A DNA stretch of 64,000 nucleotides from Malacoraja senta (taxonomy: Eukaryota): NCBI GenBank assembly GCA_038087875.1, contig CM075988.1, forward strand, positions 1,488,001 through 1,552,000. The letters are read 5' to 3'. Below the pieces are notes generated by a model. It ran no database searches and was not told the DNA's origin. It saw only the letters and a program-made list of their open reading frames with translations. Positions 59,830-64,000 of the stretch are shown here, piece after piece. Every line of letters begins with the position of its first letter. The first letter of the stretch is position 1. The translations under genes and the position numbers were made by a program.

Positions 59830-61990
59830 TTCTTTTAAAATCTTTTAATTAATTTTTTTCAAAAGCAAAAACAAAACAATAAAAAAACAATAATGATGAA
59901 TATAATAGTGATATTGATACATAGGGATCAGGATTACATTAATAACAAGTATAACCTAAGTATGAGTCCAGTGTCAAAATACATATTGGGTATAGACCTC
60001 CTGGTCTCTATGTAAATATAATTAAGTGTTTAAAAGAAAACTTGACTATAAAAACAAAAAGATAAAAGGAAAAAAAAAAGAAAGGAGAGAAAGGAGAAAA
60101 ACAAAACCCCCTAAACTAGAGAGAAAAAAAGCAAAACAAAATCTGGGCTGCAAAGAATTTCAACAATGTCCCTGTTTGTCGTCAAGTCCATTCCACCGTA
60201 TAAAGGTTAAAAAATATGACGGATGGAGAGGGGACAATTTATATTGTGTGAAAGTGTTGAATAAAGCTTCCCCAAATCCTATCAAAGTTAACCAAGGGTT
60301 AGAAACATAGAAACAATAGGAGTAGGCCATTCGGCCCTTCGAGCCTGCACCGCCATTCAATATGATCATGGCTGATCATCCAACTAAGTATCCTGTACCT
60401 ACCTTCTCTCCGTACCCCGTGATACCTTTAGCCACAAGGGCCATATCTAACTCCCTCTTAAATATAGCCAATGAACTGGCCTCAACTATCTTCTGTGGCA
60501 GAGAATTCCAGAGATTCACCACTCTCTGTGTGAAAAATGTTTTTCTCATCTCGGTCCTAAAAGATTTCCCCCTTATCCTTAAACTGACCCCTTGTTCTGG
60601 ACTTCCCCAACATTGGGAACAATCTTCCTGCATCTAGCCTGTCCAACCCCTTAAGAATTTTGTAAGTTTCTATAAGATCCCCCCTCAATCTTCTAAATTC
60701 TAGCGAGTACAAGCCAAGTCTATCCAGTCTTTCTTCATATGAAAGTCCTGACACCCCAGGAATCAGTCTGGTGAACCTTCTCTGTACTCCCTCTATGGCA
60801 AGAATGTCTTTCCTCAGATTAGGAGACCAAAACTGTACGCAATACTCCAGGTGTGGTCTCACCAAGACCCTGTACAACTGCAGTAGAACCTCCCTGCTCC
60901 TATACTCAAATCCTTTTGCTATGAATGCTAACATACCATTCGCTTTCTTCACTGCCACTGACACCCAGGTCTCGTTGCATCTCCCCTTTTCCTAATCGGT
61001 TCAACAATGTCACTCCTATGTTTTGCTAAATTTAAACATGATATCGTTTCAGAGTGCCAATGGAGTGTGGTAGGAGGATTAGAATCTTTCCATTTAAATT
61101 CCAACGAAATTTCGTTCAGACCGAAAGGTCTGAATGACAAATAAAGGAATCTCTCTAATCTCTAAATAAAATAGATCTTCTGGCAATTAATGTAGTAAAA
61201 GCAATCAGCCGATGAGCGGAACGAGACAGATGAGTAGAATCTAACATTGGTAGCCTAAAAATTTCAGTAAATAGGATGAGGTTGTAAATCACTACCTAAA
61301 ACTACAGAAATAGTATCAAAAATTTCTTTCCAATATTTTTCCAAAAGTGGGCAAGACCAAAACATATGAGTCAAAGAGGCCACTGCAGAATTACATCTGT
61401 CACAGGTAGAATTTATATGACCATAAAAATGAGCTAACTTATCTTTTGACATATGAGCTCTGTGAACCACCTTGAATTGTATCAGAGCGTGTCTTGCACA
61501 CATTGAGGAAGTATTAACTAATTGAAGAATCCTCTCCCATTTCTCTATAGGTAGAGAAATTTGAAGTTCTCTTTCCCAATCATTCTTAATTTTATCAAAT
61601 GTATCTATTAGTGATTTCAGAATCAACTCATAAATAGTCGTTATTAAACCTTTCTGATAAGGGTTCAAATGTAATTTTTTCCCCCAAGATTTTGGTTTGG
61701 TGTGGTAACGGAAAAGAGGGTAGAGTAGTCTTCAGAAAATGTCTAATTTGTAAATATCTAAAGAAATGTGAGTTAGGTAGATTATATTTATTGGAGTTGT
61801 TCCAAGGACATAAATCAACCATCCAAAAACAAATCACGAAAAGCTGCTAATCTGTATAAGGCTTGATCAGTACTAGAAGGTTGGAAGAAAAAATTAGATA
61901 TGATAGGACTCGATAAGATAAAATCATTCAATCCAAAAAACTTACGAAATTGAAACCATATTCAGAATGTATGTCTTATTATTGGGTTAA
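59830..61990 (-). mobile_element. L1-clade LINE 3' part, interrupted by CR1
   Basis: HFFRYLQIRHF, QFKVVHRAH, CDRC...LTHMFWSC. The 3' UTR continues below 60300. Confidence 0.88.
60301..60997 (-). mobile_element. CR1 3' fragment nested in L1
   Basis: ORFs 60557..60964 and 60376..60633. Tail AGAAACATAGAAAC. GGTT on both flanks. Confidence 0.92.
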
Positions 61991-62014
61991 TGCTCATGCT
62001 CAAATTGGGTTAAT

Positions 62015-64000
62015 GTATCATGCTCAAATACTCGGCTCTGCGGCTGACTGGTCTCTTCAACAATCACATCCCATCCTGCATCCCAATCATTAAACAGCTT
62101 GGACTTCTGCGTCGACCCCGTTACATCCACAGAGGCTCTCGACGCAAGCTTGTTTGCTTCGGCCACGGACATTCCATTCCATCCATCTGCTCACTACCAC
62201 GCTCAGCCACCCCTCAACCGCGTCAACCCCATCCCAGCTGAGCACATGCACTGTCAACTGGGACAACCTCAGATGTCTCCAGCCTGCCCCCATCCCTCCA
62301 CCCTCTCACAATGTCAACTTTGCCCTCCTCAACACCCGGTCGCTCAACAACAAAGTCCTTGCCCTCCATGAACTAATCCTTGACAACACTCTTGACTTCC
62401 TTCTGCTCACTGAAACCTGGCAACAACCCAATGCCTTCTTCTCCCTCAACCAAGCATCTCCATCTGGATTTAATTATATTTCCAAACCCCGCCCCTCCCG
62501 CCATGGAGGCGGCCTCGCTGTTATTTTCAACCAGAACTTTCCGATCGCTGAACTCCCCCTCCTCCCAGTAGCATCATTTGAATTCCTTGCCTTCAAAGCC
62601 CTTTCCTCCATGACAGTCATCCTCATTTACCGGCCACCTAAACCAAACCCCTCCTTCCTATCTGACTTCACTGAACTCCTCACACTTGCCTCATCTTTCT
62701 CCCCACGTCTGCTGCTACTTGGTGACTTAAATATTCATATGGACTCCCCCACCTGCAAGTTCGCATCTGAATTTGTTTTTTTACTTGACAACTTCTCTCT
62801 CACTCAGCACGTCACCTTTCCCACTCATGACAAAGGTCACATCCTTGACCTGGTCTGCTCCACAAATCAACCGGTACTCGACCTCCATCCATGCCTCTTC
62901 CCCCTCTCTGATCATAAGCTTATACGGTTCACCATCCCTTCTCCGACACCTCGCCCCCGCTTCCTCCGAGAAATCACCTTCCGTAATCTAAAATCCATCG
63001 ACCCTCACCATCTCTCTGACCTGCTCTCCACCACTCTCCCCCTGGACTCAACCCACATCTCACCTGATGATCTCACAAACCATCTCAATTCCACCTTGTC
63101 TACCTCCCTTAACACTCTGGCTCCCCTCAAAACAAGAACCGTAACTTTTAATAAATCTTCACCCTGGTACACACCTGCACTTCGTAAGCTAAAACAGACT
63201 GGTCGCCGACTTGAACGACTCATAAAGAAATCACCTCTCACAGTCCACCATGAAGCTTACAAACTCCACCTCACTGCCTACAAAGATGCCCTCATTGCTG
63301 CTAAATCTGCCTACCTCTCCTCCATATTCACCGACCCCTGCCTAAACCACAGAACCCTCTTCTCCACAGTGTGCAACCTCCTCAAGCCTCGAGCCAACAC
63401 TCTCCCTACCTCCACTCCGGATCTCTGCAACTCATTCCTCCACTTTTTTGCTGACAAAATCAGCACCATCTATCAATCTTTATCCCCTGTACCCGACTCC
63501 CCAGCATCTACTCCACCACCTACCAAGGTCCCTCCTTTCAACATCTCCACTGACCTCCTTACCCCTCCTCCTCCTCACTGCTTCCTCTCCCAGTTTGACC
63601 CGGTCACCCCTACTGAAATCTCCAAACTCATTAGCTCTTCCAAACCCACTACCTGCTCCCTCGACCCTCTCCCCACTCCCCTGCTGAAGTCCTGCCTCCC
63701 CGCTCTCTGCCCCTACCTCACTAATCTCCTCAACTCCTCATTGTCCCAAGGAATTGTCCCCTCTGCTTTCAAAACTGCTGCTGTCACACCAATCTTAAAG
63801 AAACCTGGTCTTGATCCCTCCTCTCTCATTAACTACCGCCCTATCTCAAACCTCCCCTTTCTTTCAAAAACCCTGGAGCGTATCGTCGCGTCACAACTTC
63901 ATTCCCACCTCCTCGCGTATAACCTATTCGAACCCCTCCAATCTGGCTTTCGCCCCCTCCATAGCACAGAAACTGCTCTCCTCAAAGTTCTCAATGACCT
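62015..64000 (+). mobile_element. L2 LINE ORF2 (endonuclease and RT start), running off the window end
   Basis: LLNTRSLNNK, LTETW, GGG, IYRPP, GDLNIH, SDH, NYRPISNLPFLSKTLE, QSGFRPLHSTETALLKVLND. ATG 62610 and the terminal codons are in the same frame. Confidence 0.93.

Noticed and set aside
53777..64000. Further PRDM10 zinc-finger exons
   Set aside because: No plus-strand C2H2-coding segment with splice sites was recognised; the region is mostly LINE sequence.

Overview
Repeat-dense vertebrate genomic DNA, most likely from a cartilaginous fish (skate/ray/shark), judged from HE1-like V-SINEs and abundant HER1/CR1-type LINEs. The only host gene I can support is PRDM10 on the + strand: nine internal GT-AG coding exons between 16032 and 53776 that splice into one open 448-codon frame (N-terminal region, poly-acidic tract, zinc knuckle, PR/SET domain, first C2H2 finger, AT-hook-like motif). 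I did not find the start exon or any downstream exon in the window. Almost everything else is intronic transposable-element sequence: CR1, Rex1, L2, L1 and Crack-like LINEs, four Gypsy LTR remnants, a DD34E Tc1, a Penelope-like element, a MITE and two probable non-autonomous Helitrons. The most interesting unexplained structures are: (1) ~95-bp insertions with target-site duplications that begin at a minimal hammerhead-ribozyme core; (2) a GC-rich non-coding repeat family with Rex1-like tails and a conserved hairpin; (3) a head-to-tail Helitron-like pair; (4) an internally inverted Gypsy element that keeps both ends and its TSD; (5) inverted ~3-kb CR1 copies bracketing two PRDM10 exons. All family and gene assignments come from motif recognition by eye, without database searches, and repeat boundaries are approximate unless a TSD is quoted.
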